Source: a virus
Taxonomy: Duplodnaviria; Heunggongvirae; Uroviricota; Caudoviricetes
DNA length: 64,000 nucleotides
Reading direction: 5' to 3' (one strand)
IMG/VR virus record: IMGVR_UViG_3300032335_000499
Both the position numbers and the translations under genes were made by a program. The notes below the pieces were generated by a model. It did not search any database, had not been told where the DNA came from, and was given only the letters and a program-made list of their open reading frames with translations. This document shows positions 28,800 to 39,411 of this stretch, piece after piece. Each line of letters starts with the position of its first letter. The first letter of the stretch is position 1.

Positions 28800-29156
28800 A
28801 TGGCTATTTCATCAGTTAGAACGGCAGATCAAACCGTACGAATCTTCGATAATTTTTACAACACTAGGCTGGTAGTACCTGCATCCGAATATGATGTAGT
28901 TCTATCATTTTTTAGGGGCAATGCAAAAAGCCCTATCATTGCAGAAAACTTTACTAGTTTATTATTTAGAATTGCTCAAGAAGGCGGATACAACGTATTG
29001 TCCTTACTAGAAATTTTAAAAGGAGTAAACAACGAGCTAGAGTTGAATAAAATAATATGTTACTACTTAAATACGTTTAGACTCAGAGCATCACTATACG
29101 GTATAGGTATAGTCCCAAAACCCAATCAAGCGGTGCTAAGAAACGTAGTACAGTAA
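28800..29156 (+). CDS. hypothetical protein
   Basis: 118 aa late gene. Confidence 0.7.
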   Translation: MAISSVRTADQTVRIFDNFYNTRLVVPASEYDVVLSFFRGNAKSPIIAENFTSLLFRIAQEGGYNVLSLLEILKGVNNELELNKIICYYLNTFRLRASLYGIGIVPKPNQAVLRNVVQ

Positions 29157-29157
29157 C

Positions 29158-29592
29158 ATGGGTAAGTGGGCGCAAGGATTCTATACCCCAAAGAACCCTA
29201 AAAAATACATAGGTAAGCATACTCCTAGATATAGATCGGGATGGGAACTTACGTTCATGACGTTCTGTGACAACAATGATAGTATTATATACTGGGCAAG
29301 CGAATCCATTAAAGTACCATATAGACATCCACTAACCGGCAAGCCAACTATCTATATCCCTGATTTCTTTGTAGTATACCAAAACAAAAGAGGTCAACAG
29401 GTTGCTGAAGTTGTCGAAATCAAACCAAAAAAAGAAAGCATTATTGAAAGCAAGAGAGCTAATGCAAGAACTATGGCAATAGTTGCAGTGAATCATGCAA
29501 AATGGGCGGCAGCTAATGCTTACTGTAGGGCAAACGGCCTAACGTTTAGAGTAATAACCGAAGACGATATCTTTTATAATGGACGCAAGTAA
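29158..29592 (+). CDS. gp4: head completion nuclease (gp4, TnsA-like)
   Basis: PKNPKKYIG, YRSGWE, WASE, YIPDF, EIKP, KWAAA, FRVITE. Confidence 0.85.
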   Translation: MGKWAQGFYTPKNPKKYIGKHTPRYRSGWELTFMTFCDNNDSIIYWASESIKVPYRHPLTGKPTIYIPDFFVVYQNKRGQQVAEVVEIKPKKESIIESKRANARTMAIVAVNHAKWAAANAYCRANGLTFRVITEDDIFYNGRK

Positions 29593-29594
29593 CG

Positions 29595-29601
29595 CTAAAT
29601 A
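29595..29601 (+). promoter_or_regulatory. late promoter CTAAATA (leaderless)
   Basis: 5 nt before ATG 29607. Confidence 0.7.
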
Positions 29602-29606
29602 CTCAC

Positions 29607-30089
29607 ATGACAAAAAAATTAGAGGAACTTTTTGAACTAGCGTCAGGTGACGATAACGAATTAACTATTCCATTACCTGATATAACGGAAGAAGTTACTG
29701 AAAACGCACTTAGTACATTAGATAAAATAGAAGCAGCACTTCCTCAAGTTCGTGGTTTAGAAGCTGCTGATAGTGAGATGGATGAACTAGCTGAGATGGC
29801 TACCTCTAGCTACAAAGACCTAATGGATCTTGGTATGCAAGTTGAGTCTCGTTTTAGCTCAGAAATCTTCAACAGTGCAAGTAGTATGCTCGGTCATGCT
29901 ATTACTGCAAAGACCGCAAAGATTAACAAGAAGCTCAAAATGCTTGATTTACAGATGAAAAAAGCACAGTTAGATGCTAAGAATGCAGCTAAAACTGAAG
30001 AAATTGAGAATACCCCTTTAGGAGCAGGTCAATCACTAGACCGCAATGAATTGCTCAAGATGTTCAACACTAAAAATAACGAGCAATGA
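29607..30089 (+). CDS. helical protein, possibly small terminase-like
   Basis: Helical hairpin/coiled coil with C-terminal DRNELLK; the product call is weak. Confidence 0.4.
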   Translation: MTKKLEELFELASGDDNELTIPLPDITEEVTENALSTLDKIEAALPQVRGLEAADSEMDELAEMATSSYKDLMDLGMQVESRFSSEIFNSASSMLGHAITAKTAKINKKLKMLDLQMKKAQLDAKNAAKTEEIENTPLGAGQSLDRNELLKMFNTKNNEQ

Positions 30090-30095
30090 TAAATA
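30089..30095 (+). promoter_or_regulatory. late promoter ATAAATA
   Basis: Intergenic, before AAGGA RBS. Confidence 0.7.
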
Positions 30096-30122
30096 TATAA
30101 TAAAGATATTCAAGGATCCTAT

Positions 30123-30752
30123 ATGCGCAGTTTAAAACAATATATTGTTGAAAGTGTTCACACTTACAATTACACTATTAAGGTCGCCGGAAACGTTGAT
30201 AAGAACTTCCTTGACATGTTCAAGTTCAATCTAAAGAAGTTCGATCCTATCAAGATTTCTGATCCGGTATCTACACCTATTCAGAAAAGCCCATATGGTT
30301 TTCCTGATCTAGTGAACGAACCAGTTCACATCATTAAAGCAGAGTTTCGTTATCCTGCTACTGAACCAATGATTCAGCAAATTGCGCAGTTGCTAGGATA
30401 TAATGTAAACATGGTTCGTGTTGTCAGTACAAACTTTGATGATAGTATCAATAGTGAGACTGAAGGCTACGCTAACGAAGCAAGTCACAGTCCTGTATTA
30501 GACCACACTGAACTTGAAGAACAGCCTGGCGCTAAAGAAGCTGCTAAGGCATATGGTAATAGCTACCTCGATAGCATTCAAGACCAAATGAAGGGCAACA
30601 CAATTGACATTCCTTACGAAGGTAAGAAGACTCCAAATGCATTTGATCCTTTCAAGCCAGAAACACAAATGGCTACGATGGGCAAAGAAAGCCCAATGAG
30701 CAAGATTACTCGTCCTGCTAAGCCTCAGACAGGCGCAATGGGAGGCAGATGA
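30123..30752 (+). CDS. putative internal head protein
   Basis: MRSLKQYIVE resembles T4 CTS MKTYQEFIAE. Confidence 0.55.
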   Translation: MRSLKQYIVESVHTYNYTIKVAGNVDKNFLDMFKFNLKKFDPIKISDPVSTPIQKSPYGFPDLVNEPVHIIKAEFRYPATEPMIQQIAQLLGYNVNMVRVVSTNFDDSINSETEGYANEASHSPVLDHTELEEQPGAKEAAKAYGNSYLDSIQDQMKGNTIDIPYEGKKTPNAFDPFKPETQMATMGKESPMSKITRPAKPQTGAMGGR

Positions 30753-33490
30753 TGAAAGACATTATGCAAAAGCTAGCTGAATTAGAAGCTACAGCACCTA
30801 AGGTAACGAAGAAGAAAATGTTGAATGAAGATTCGACTACTCCTCCTATCAACGTTTCTAATAAGATTGCATCACTGAAGGATATGTTTGAGGCACTTTC
30901 TGAAAGTATTCCTGCAGGCGCAAAGCCTCTTCCTGTATTGGATCCACAAAATAAACAAGCTGGTATGGGATTTGTTACAAGCAATAATCCTGCCGTTCAG
31001 AACATGCTTAAGGCTCTAGATCCTAAAGATGTGCAAATTGTTCAAGCTCCTGGTCAAGCTCCGGCAGCAGGTCAGCCTGCTCCAGCTGGTGCAACTGGTC
31101 AACCTCAAATGGGTCAGATGCAGATGAAAGAAAAAGACGAAGGTAAGCCAGGCAAGAACTTTGCTAAGATTGCAAAGAGCGCCGGCGAGCGTTATGGTTC
31201 TAAAGCAGCAGGTGAAAGAGTAGCTGGCGCAGTTCGTGCTAAGTTAGCAAAGCAAGGTAAGCTTGAAGAAGAACAACTTGACGAGAAGTTTGCAAGTCAG
31301 CAACAAGCAAAGTTAATGTATGCTGCTGCCGATGACAAAGATGTTTCTAAGAAAACTGGCGTAAGTCAAAAGGTAGCAAAAGAGTTTGTCAAGAAAAGTC
31401 ACGGACAAAAGGTAAGTAAGCTTCCTAAGAAAGTCAAGGAAGGCGACATCCCGTCGTCATCCGGAGTCGATACTAAGGGTGCTGGCTTAGGCGCAGGCCG
31501 TAGTGCAACAACATTAGAGGGTAAAGAGTCTCAGGTTGAAGTTATCGACAATGCATTTAACAGAGAAAACTACAAAGATTTGATTGGTAAGAAATATCCT
31601 AAATCAAAGGCTCCTGCATATGCTAGAGTAAAAGAAGTTAATGAAGGTAAGAAGCCAGACTTCTTAGACCTAGACAAAGATGGTAACAAGAAAGAACCAA
31701 TGAAAAAGGCAGCAGCCGATAAGAAAAAGAAAAAGGTAGATGAATCCATGAATCACAGAATTAGTGCAGCCCGCTTAGAGGGCAAATCACACGGTCTAAG
31801 AGGTCACGCACACTCTGGCAAGAGATACGAAGACCTAGACGAAATGAAGGCATATCACGAGGGCTACAAAGAAGGTCTTGATGAGTGCTATGGTCAGGGC
31901 GTGTACGAAACTGCAATGCCAGCAACAGTTCCTGGTATGGCATCTCAGGCGCTTGACGAAATTGGTGATACTCCGGCAGGCAAGAAGGCACTTGCTTCTT
32001 ATGTAGGTAAGCGGGCAAAGGATATGAGTTTTGACAACGATGAATTTATTTCTGATCTTTCCTTAGGCGATGGAAATGTATGGGACAAGTATGATAAGGG
32101 AATGACCGGAATTCAACGAGCCGCTAAGAGACTGTCCAACGAAGACGAAATGGAAGAAGGCAATGCTTTCACCGCAGCACTTGCAAAGACTCCAAAGGGC
32201 GGTAAGTTTGCAGTAGGTGGAAAGACTTTCACTGACCGTACAGGATACGATGCTAAAGTAAACGAATATGCGTTTGAATCACTTGACCAACAGCTTAATG
32301 CACTTCTAAATGAAAGCGAAGAAGTAAGCGAAGGTCTTTCAGTTTCAATCTCAAAAGGTCAACAGAATTCACCTGACTCAGTAACTATCACTGCACAAGA
32401 TGCAGAAGCAGAACATCTTCTAGCATTTGTAAAGAATGCGGGTCTTGGTCTCTTTGGTGATGACAATGCTGACACACATTCAAGTGCAATGTCAGTTCAA
32501 CCTTCACACGGCGCACCCGACGAAGTTGGCGCAGGCGGCATTGATATCGGTGTAGTTGACGGTCATGATGGTATGATGGGCTTGATGCAGAAATTATCAG
32601 GCATTCAATCAGTCGGCGCCGATGACTACGCCGACGAAGAAGGCGATGAAGAACAACTTTATGGCAATCATCAAGCAGCCGATAAGAAAGATTGCGGATG
32701 TGACGGCGACTGTGAATGCAGTGATTATGATCAACCTTCTAACGAAGCAACTTGCAACGAATGCGGAACATATGAAGGCATGCATGAAGCAGGCTGTTCA
32801 ATGGGAAGCGGAAAAGAAATGGTTGATGAAGTAGAATCAGAAGACCAAATGGAATTTGAAGTAGCAGAAGACAATGCTCCTGATTCAGGTGAGGCAGAAT
32901 CAACTGCTGATGAAAACGCAGAAGCATCAGAGGATATGGCACTAGCTAAAGCAGGTTCAAAGGGCGGCACTTATACTGTTAACGAAGATGGCGACGAAGC
33001 AAGTGAAGAAGGTCCTGAAAGCAAAGAAGGCGAAGGCGATGAAGGAGCTGAAACTGTTTCAGAATCATTCGCTAATCTTTTCAGAAAACTTTCGTTCATT
33101 GCTGAAGAATCAACTGAAAAAGAAGATGACAACGCCGAAAAAGCAGGCAAAAAAGTAGCTAAAGATATCGAACATGACGAAGGTCATACGGGTAAAGACG
33201 ACGACAAGGCCGAGAAAGCTGGAAAGAAAGTCACTAAAGACATCGAATACGATGACAAGAAAGACAAGAAAGAAAAAGTTGATGAGTGGGCTAACAACGC
33301 TGGTCCAGGAAAGACTGTATCTGACACTACTTTTGAACAAGATATTGACTTCATGACTAAAGTAATTGCTGGTGGTCTTAACAAGCCTAAGTCAACTGGT
33401 CAGACTACTATTCCTGTCATTGCAGGTCAAGATGACCGTATGCACGATAATCCAATGGATTGGGCAACTCTTGCAGGTATTAAGAAGTAA
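30749..33490 (+). CDS. modular charged polyprotein, putative head core/cargo
   Basis: 913 aa of short basic and acidic modules separated by LNE/LSE/LEE/LDE/VKE/VNE/VDE; ends LAGIKK. Confidence 0.6.
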   Translation: MMKDIMQKLAELEATAPKVTKKKMLNEDSTTPPINVSNKIASLKDMFEALSESIPAGAKPLPVLDPQNKQAGMGFVTSNNPAVQNMLKALDPKDVQIVQAPGQAPAAGQPAPAGATGQPQMGQMQMKEKDEGKPGKNFAKIAKSAGERYGSKAAGERVAGAVRAKLAKQGKLEEEQLDEKFASQQQAKLMYAAADDKDVSKKTGVSQKVAKEFVKKSHGQKVSKLPKKVKEGDIPSSSGVDTKGAGLGAGRSATTLEGKESQVEVIDNAFNRENYKDLIGKKYPKSKAPAYARVKEVNEGKKPDFLDLDKDGNKKEPMKKAAADKKKKKVDESMNHRISAARLEGKSHGLRGHAHSGKRYEDLDEMKAYHEGYKEGLDECYGQGVYETAMPATVPGMASQALDEIGDTPAGKKALASYVGKRAKDMSFDNDEFISDLSLGDGNVWDKYDKGMTGIQRAAKRLSNEDEMEEGNAFTAALAKTPKGGKFAVGGKTFTDRTGYDAKVNEYAFESLDQQLNALLNESEEVSEGLSVSISKGQQNSPDSVTITAQDAEAEHLLAFVKNAGLGLFGDDNADTHSSAMSVQPSHGAPDEVGAGGIDIGVVDGHDGMMGLMQKLSGIQSVGADDYADEEGDEEQLYGNHQAADKKDCGCDGDCECSDYDQPSNEATCNECGTYEGMHEAGCSMGSGKEMVDEVESEDQMEFEVAEDNAPDSGEAESTADENAEASEDMALAKAGSKGGTYTVNEDGDEASEEGPESKEGEGDEGAETVSESFANLFRKLSFIAEESTEKEDDNAEKAGKKVAKDIEHDEGHTGKDDDKAEKAGKKVTKDIEYDDKKDKKEKVDEWANNAGPGKTVSDTTFEQDIDFMTKVIAGGLNKPKSTGQTTIPVIAGQDDRMHDNPMDWATLAGIKK
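33125..33256 (+). repeat. tandem peptide repeat DD-AEKAGKKV-KDIE-D x2
   Basis: DDNAEKAGKKVAKDIEHD / DDKAEKAGKKVTKDIEYD. Confidence 0.8.
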
Positions 33491-33506
33491 GAATAACAAT
33501 AATACG

Positions 33507-33537
33507 AAAATAGCCGGGCTAGTTCCCGGCTATTTTT
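33507..33537 (+). terminator. Rho-independent terminator (possibly bidirectional)
   Basis: AAAATAGCCGGG-CTAGTT-CCCGGCTATTTTT. Confidence 0.85.
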
Positions 33538-33564
33538 ATGGGCGGCAGCTATTTGCCCAAAAAG

Positions 33565-33571
33565 ATAAATA
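33565..33571 (+). promoter_or_regulatory. late promoter ATAAATA
   Basis: Before long fibre gene. Confidence 0.7.
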
Positions 33572-33594
33572 CATCATAACAGGTGATTTAAAAC

Positions 33595-36500
33595 ATGGCT
33601 CAGCGCAATATTGATTTTGGTACATTTCCCAACGACCCAGATGCAGATGCAATTCGCACTGCATTTGTAAAGACGCAGGAAAATTTCTCTGAACTTTTCT
33701 CTGGATTACAAGATCAGGCTGTACTTTCTATCAGAGAGGGTGCCGGTATAACGGTTAATGCACCTACCGGAAACGTGGAAATAACTGCTAATATAGCGCA
33801 AGTCAGTGTTCAATCTAGTACTCTTAATATGGGAATCGGTTCAGCTGGTAGCACTTTACCTGCCGCAGCCACGTTAACTACATCAGCCCAAACCCTAATT
33901 ATTGAATTACCTGCAACGGTAAACTCAATTGCAAATCTAAACGTCTCTAATACTATAACATCAAACACTGTAAACGTTGCCCTTACCATCAACGGTAATG
34001 TAGCAAGTTTTTCAGGAGCACTATCAGCCGCTAGCATCACAACCGGCGGCAATGCAAATGTCACCGGAAACGTTAATGCAGGCAATATCAATGTAGGCAT
34101 AGGAAACTTCACAGGTAACATCAATTCACTTAATGCTAACTTGGGTAATCTTGCAAATGCTAACAACTTAACAATTTCATCTACTGCAAATATCGGTGGA
34201 AACTTAACTTCTGCAAATGCTAACTTAGGTAATTTATCAGTAGCTAACTACTTTTCAGGTGATGGTAGTTTACTAACGAATGTTGTGGCGGCACCAGGTA
34301 ATATAATATTAAACAGTAACAGTAATGTTTCTATACCTACAGCAAACAGTAGTGTATTTGTCAGTGTTGCAGGTACTGCAAATGTATTAGTAATTAGTCA
34401 GACTGGAATAAATGCAAACGGTACTGCTAACTTTACTGGTAATCTGTCTGCTGCTAACGCTAATTTAGGTAATGCTGCAAGTGCCAACTACTTCATTGGT
34501 AACTTCTATGGTACTGCAAACTCTGCAACTACGGCAACAACTGCCGGTACAGTAACAACTGCTGATCAACCTAACATCACATCAGTTGGTACATTAACAA
34601 GTTTAGGCGTTAGTGGCAACATTACTGCCGCAAACATCACTGCTAACACAGGTATCTTCACTGGCAATGGTAGTGGACTAAGTGCAATTGCAGGTGCAAA
34701 TGTCACTGGCACTGTAGCAAGTGCGACCGCAGCTACTACTGCTGGTACAGTAACGACCGCAGCACAGCCAAACATTACCTCAGTTGGTACTCTCACTTCG
34801 CTTGCTGTTACAGGCAATGCAAATGTTGGTAACTTAAATGCAACAACTGCGGTAATTGCAAGTACCCTAACTTCAAATGTCGCAACTGGTACTGCTCCTC
34901 TTGTAGTTACCTCAACAACTCGTGTAGCTAATTTGAATGTTGCTTATGCAAATGTTGCTGACAATATTAATGTAGAGGCAGGAACCGGAAATAACTTCAT
35001 TATTTTTGCAAACGCAGCTACCGGAAATATAGCAGAAGTAACAAGCACTGGTCTCATTGCTAACTTATCTAATAACTCTATCACGGCAACAACTTTCGTT
35101 GGTGCATTAAGCGGTGCAGCAACAAGTGCAACTACTGCTGGCACTGTAACAACAGCAGCACAGCCCAACATCACATCAGTTGGTACATTAACGAGCTTGG
35201 ATGTAAGCGGTACTGTTACTGCTGCAAACATCACAGCAAATACAGGCGTGTTTACTGGTAATGGTAGCGGCCTGTCACAACTCGCCGGTGCTAACGTAAC
35301 TGGTACAGTAAGTGCTGCTACAACAGCGGGTACAGTAACAACAGCAGCACAACCAAATATTACAAGTGTTGGTACATTAACAAGTTTAGGTGTCACTGGG
35401 AATATTTCATCCGGCAATGCTAATTTAGGTAATGCTGCAACTGCTAACTTCTTCATTGGAAGTGGTAATAATTTATCTAATATTCAAGGCGCAAATGTGA
35501 CTGGAGCGGTAGCATCAGCAACTAGTGCCACAACAGCAGGTACAGTAACAACAGCAGCCCAGCCTAATATTACTTCAGTCGGTACACTAACATCATTGGG
35601 TGTTAATGGCAATATTACTGCTGCAAACATCACAGCAAATACAGGCGTGTTTACTGGTAACGGTAATGGCTTGAGTTCTATTGTAGGCGCTAATGTTACT
35701 GGAACGGTATCAAGTGCTACAGCGGCAACTACAGCAGGTACAGTAACAACAGCCGCTCAACCTAATATTACGAGTGTCGGAACTCTTTCATCACTGTCAG
35801 TTACAGGTAATTTATCATCGGGTAATGCTAACTTAGGCAATCTTGCTAAAGCAAACTTCTTCCAAGGTGATGGTAGTTTATTAACGAACATTTCTGTCGG
35901 AGCAGGTAGTTATATCGAAAACGGAAACTCTGAAGTAAGAGTTGATGCTAATAGTAACGTAAGAGTTACTGTAGCCGGTAATGCGAACATACTGGTCGTC
36001 ACTGGAACTGGCGCCAACATTACCGGTACTGCAAATATAACAGGTAACTTGTCAGCAGGAAATATCTCAACTGGATTAGTAACCGGAACATTAACTGCGG
36101 CAGCAGCTACTCAATCTAATATTACGGCATTAGGAACACTAAGCAGTTTAACTATTGCGGGTGTAACTAATTTAGGACCCAACAGCAATGTCATCATCAG
36201 CGGTGGTGTCAGCGGGGCATTCTTACAGACAAACGGTTCCGGAAACTTAGCGTGGAATACTGCAACTCTTGTTCCAGCTCAGGGTACTGATACACAAGTT
36301 ATCTTCAACGACGGTGGTTCAACTTATGCAGGTAATGCTAATTTAACGTTTAACAAAGCGTCCGGCGCGCTAGCTGTAGGTGGAAATTTAAGTGCCGCTA
36401 ACGCTAACTTAGGTAACGCTGTTACTGCGAACTTTTTCACCGGTACATTAAGAACTAATGCTCAGCCTAATATTACCAGTATAGGAACTTTAACATCGCT

Positions 36501-38580
36501 GACTGTTTCAGGTAATATCAATGCCGGCAACGTATCAGGTGGCAACACAGTAAGTGCAAACTTCTTAGCAGGTACATTGACAACTGCTGCACAGCCTAAC
36601 ATTACTAGTCTTGGTACTCTCACTTCATTAGGCGTAAACAATACTATCACTGCGGTAGCATTTACCGCTAATACTGGGGTATTTACTGGTAATGCTAATG
36701 GACTAAACAATATCCCTGGTGCTAACGTAACTGGTACTGTAGCAAATGCAACGTTTGCAACTACTGCTGGTTCTGCAACTACCGCCGGCACAGTAACAAC
36801 TGCTGCACAACCAAATATCACTAGTGTTGGTACATTAACATCTCTTATTGTTAGCGGTAATGTCAACGCAGGAAACATCACTTCAACCTTAGTAGGCGGC
36901 ACGTTAACTACTGCGGCACAACCTAATGTTACAAGCGTTGGAACACTAACATCATTGACTGTTACTGGAACTGCTACAGCAGGTAATCTATCAACCGGTG
37001 GTACATTAAGTGTTACCGGCAATGCTAACGTAGGTAACTTAGGTACAGGTGGACTTATTGTTGCAACAGGTAACGTATCAGGTGGTAATCTAACTACCGG
37101 TGGTGTAGTCGTTGCAACTGGTAATGCTAACGTAGGTAACTTAGGTACTGCGAGGGTAATTGCTACGGGAAATATCAGCGGTACTCAACTAATCAGTAAT
37201 ATTGCTACCGGTACTGCTCCTTTTGTAGTTACATCAACTACTCAAGTAGCAAACTTGAGTGTTGCTACTGCTGGTTCGGCAACTACAGCAGGTACAGTAA
37301 CAACAGCCGCTCAACCCAACATCACATCTGTTGGCACCCTAACATCGTTAGGAGTTACTGGTACAACTACATCAGGTAACTTTGCAACTGCCGGAAATAT
37401 TAATATTGCTGGTCAGTTAGTCTCGACAATAGCAACTAGTACTGCTCCTTTTGTAGTTACATCAACTACTCAAGTAGCAAACTTGAGTGTTGCTACTGCT
37501 GGTTCTGCAACTACTGCCGGCACAGTAACAACTGCTGCACAACCAAATATCACTAGTGTTGGTACATTAACATCATTATCAGTAACAGGCAATATCAGTG
37601 CAGGTAATGTGAGTGCAACAACATTCACTGGTGCATTGAGCGGCGCATCAACTACTGCTGGTACGGTAACAACTGCTGCTCAACCGAACATTACATCAGT
37701 TGGTACACTGACTGGATTGACATTAGCAGCAAATGCTGATATCACAATGTCAGGCGCTGACTCAAATATTAATGGTGTCGCTCTTGTAAGTGCTACATTG
37801 TTTGCAGGTAGCGGCGCCAACTTGACTACTCTAAACGGTAGTAACATATCAAGTGGTACTATCGCTCAAGCAAGATTGGCAAATGCTAGTGTAACGTTGG
37901 GTAGTACCGCACTAACACTAGGTTCTACAGTCACTACCGTAGCAGGTCTAACTAGTGTAACATCAACAACATTTGTCGGTGCGTTGACTGGTGCAGCGAC
38001 AACAGCAGGTACGGTAACAACCGCAGCACAGCCAAATATTACAAGCACCGGTACACTAACAAGTTTAGCAGTTACCGGTAATATTAGTGCAGGCAACGTA
38101 AGTGCAACAACATTTACTGGTGCATTGAGCGGCGCAGCAACTAGTGCTACTACAGCCGGTACTGTAACAACCGCAGCACAACCTAACATCACTTCTGTAG
38201 GTACACTAACATCACTCGGTGTAAGTGGTAATATTACTGCGGCTAACGTCACTGCATCTGGATATCATATTAGGTCAGTAGGAACAGGCATCAGTGCAGC
38301 AGGATCAACTCAGGGCACAGCTACCACAATTACTAAAGAAATGAATATTGTTTCTACTGTAGCTTCAGGAGCGGGCGTTGTACTTCCAACTGCTGTTGCT
38401 GGTATGGTAATATCGATTACAAATACAAGTGCTAACAGTCTTGCGGTATATCCTGCAACAAGTGCAGCAATCAACACCCAATCTGCTAATGCTGCTTATA
38501 CACAGTCATCAGGCTCAACATTACAATTCATTGCTCCAACTACCACTCAGTGGTACACAGTTGGCGCAACATTTGCTTAA
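33595..38580 (+). CDS. long repeat-rich tail fibre
   Basis: N-terminal IDFGTFPND..AD.IRTAF.K..ENFSELF attachment-type motif; about 16 (A)QPNITSxGTLTSL repeats; very few charged residues. Confidence 0.8.
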   Translation: MAQRNIDFGTFPNDPDADAIRTAFVKTQENFSELFSGLQDQAVLSIREGAGITVNAPTGNVEITANIAQVSVQSSTLNMGIGSAGSTLPAAATLTTSAQTLIIELPATVNSIANLNVSNTITSNTVNVALTINGNVASFSGALSAASITTGGNANVTGNVNAGNINVGIGNFTGNINSLNANLGNLANANNLTISSTANIGGNLTSANANLGNLSVANYFSGDGSLLTNVVAAPGNIILNSNSNVSIPTANSSVFVSVAGTANVLVISQTGINANGTANFTGNLSAANANLGNAASANYFIGNFYGTANSATTATTAGTVTTADQPNITSVGTLTSLGVSGNITAANITANTGIFTGNGSGLSAIAGANVTGTVASATAATTAGTVTTAAQPNITSVGTLTSLAVTGNANVGNLNATTAVIASTLTSNVATGTAPLVVTSTTRVANLNVAYANVADNINVEAGTGNNFIIFANAATGNIAEVTSTGLIANLSNNSITATTFVGALSGAATSATTAGTVTTAAQPNITSVGTLTSLDVSGTVTAANITANTGVFTGNGSGLSQLAGANVTGTVSAATTAGTVTTAAQPNITSVGTLTSLGVTGNISSGNANLGNAATANFFIGSGNNLSNIQGANVTGAVASATSATTAGTVTTAAQPNITSVGTLTSLGVNGNITAANITANTGVFTGNGNGLSSIVGANVTGTVSSATAATTAGTVTTAAQPNITSVGTLSSLSVTGNLSSGNANLGNLAKANFFQGDGSLLTNISVGAGSYIENGNSEVRVDANSNVRVTVAGNANILVVTGTGANITGTANITGNLSAGNISTGLVTGTLTAAAATQSNITALGTLSSLTIAGVTNLGPNSNVIISGGVSGAFLQTNGSGNLAWNTATLVPAQGTDTQVIFNDGGSTYAGNANLTFNKASGALAVGGNLSAANANLGNAVTANFFTGTLRTNAQPNITSIGTLTSLTVSGNINAGNVSGGNTVSANFLAGTLTTAAQPNITSLGTLTSLGVNNTITAVAFTANTGVFTGNANGLNNIPGANVTGTVANATFATTAGSATTAGTVTTAAQPNITSVGTLTSLIVSGNVNAGNITSTLVGGTLTTAAQPNVTSVGTLTSLTVTGTATAGNLSTGGTLSVTGNANVGNLGTGGLIVATGNVSGGNLTTGGVVVATGNANVGNLGTARVIATGNISGTQLISNIATGTAPFVVTSTTQVANLSVATAGSATTAGTVTTAAQPNITSVGTLTSLGVTGTTTSGNFATAGNINIAGQLVSTIATSTAPFVVTSTTQVANLSVATAGSATTAGTVTTAAQPNITSVGTLTSLSVTGNISAGNVSATTFTGALSGASTTAGTVTTAAQPNITSVGTLTGLTLAANADITMSGADSNINGVALVSATLFAGSGANLTTLNGSNISSGTIAQARLANASVTLGSTALTLGSTVTTVAGLTSVTSTTFVGALTGAATTAGTVTTAAQPNITSTGTLTSLAVTGNISAGNVSATTFTGALSGAATSATTAGTVTTAAQPNITSVGTLTSLGVSGNITAANVTASGYHIRSVGTGISAAGSTQGTATTITKEMNIVSTVASGAGVVLPTAVAGMVISITNTSANSLAVYPATSAAINTQSANAAYTQSSGSTLQFIAPTTTQWYTVGATFA
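34525..38220 (+). repeat. dispersed intragenic fibre repeats
   Basis: About 16 copies of TAGTVTTAAQPNITSVGTLTSL; 65 nt exact duplicate at 37213-37277 and 37441-37505. Confidence 0.85.
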
Positions 38581-38597
38581 CATAGAAAGGGAAATTA

Positions 38598-38762
38598 ATG
38601 GCTAAAGCAAAATCAGGTAACGGTAATCAAAAAGTCACATTCAGTGACCAAACAAAAGGGAAGACTACTATTGGAGCATCGCATAGTTCCATTAAGTTTT
38701 CTACTATGAATAAGAACAAGCGCAGAACTTACAAAGCGTATAGAGGTCAGGGAAGACCTTAA
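38598..38762 (+). CDS. small basic protein (54 aa, not in ORF track)
   Basis: MAKAKSG...MNKNKRRTYKAYRGQGRP; AAGGG RBS; fills the intergenic gap. Confidence 0.75.
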   Translation: MAKAKSGNGNQKVTFSDQTKGKTTIGASHSSIKFSTMNKNKRRTYKAYRGQGRP

Positions 38763-38780
38763 TCAACACAGGGGGAAATT

Positions 38781-39404
38781 ATGAGTAGAGTAACATTAGA
38801 ATTATTAAGAGAAGTATGTCCGAAGACTAAAGCAACTGTTCTTGCAAAATATGTAGAACCGCTAAACAAAATCGGTGACCACTTTGACTTATTCGAGAAT
38901 CCAAAGAGAATGGCTGCATTCCTAGCACAGATTGCTCACGAGTCCGGCGGATTTAACTTTGTTAAAGAAGGGTTAAACTATAGTGCAGCGTCACTTAGAA
39001 AAACTTGGCCGAAGCGTTTCACTACACTAGAGATTGCAAATCAGTATGCACGTAAACCAGTAAAGATTGCAAATAAAGTTTATGCAAATCGTATGGGCAA
39101 TGGAACAGAAGCATCAGGTGATGGCCATAAGTTCTGCGGTCGTGGCTTGATTCAGTTGACCGGTAAGGATAACTATTCTCGCTTTGCAAAATCAATTGGC
39201 ATGACCCTAGATGAAGCTGTTGCTTATCTTGAAACTGCTGAGGGTGCTGTTGCAAGTGCTGGTTGGTTCTGGGACGCAAACAAGCTAAGTATCTACGCAG
39301 ACAAGGGTGACTTTGTTGGTTTAACTAAGCGTATCAATGGCGGTACTATTGGTCTAGCTGATAGAAAGCATCACTATGATATTGCATTGAAGGCATTAAA
39401 GTAA
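38781..39404 (+). CDS. glycoside hydrolase family 19 endolysin
   Basis: AAFLAQIAHESGG, GRGLIQLTGKDNY, TKRINGG. Confidence 0.9.
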   Translation: MSRVTLELLREVCPKTKATVLAKYVEPLNKIGDHFDLFENPKRMAAFLAQIAHESGGFNFVKEGLNYSAASLRKTWPKRFTTLEIANQYARKPVKIANKVYANRMGNGTEASGDGHKFCGRGLIQLTGKDNYSRFAKSIGMTLDEAVAYLETAEGAVASAGWFWDANKLSIYADKGDFVGLTKRINGGTIGLADRKHHYDIALKALK

Positions 39405-39411
39405 TAAAATT

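Noticed and set aside
34525-38220. Repeats as a CRISPR array
   Set aside because: Repeats are in-frame, degenerate at third positions and irregularly spaced; no cas genes
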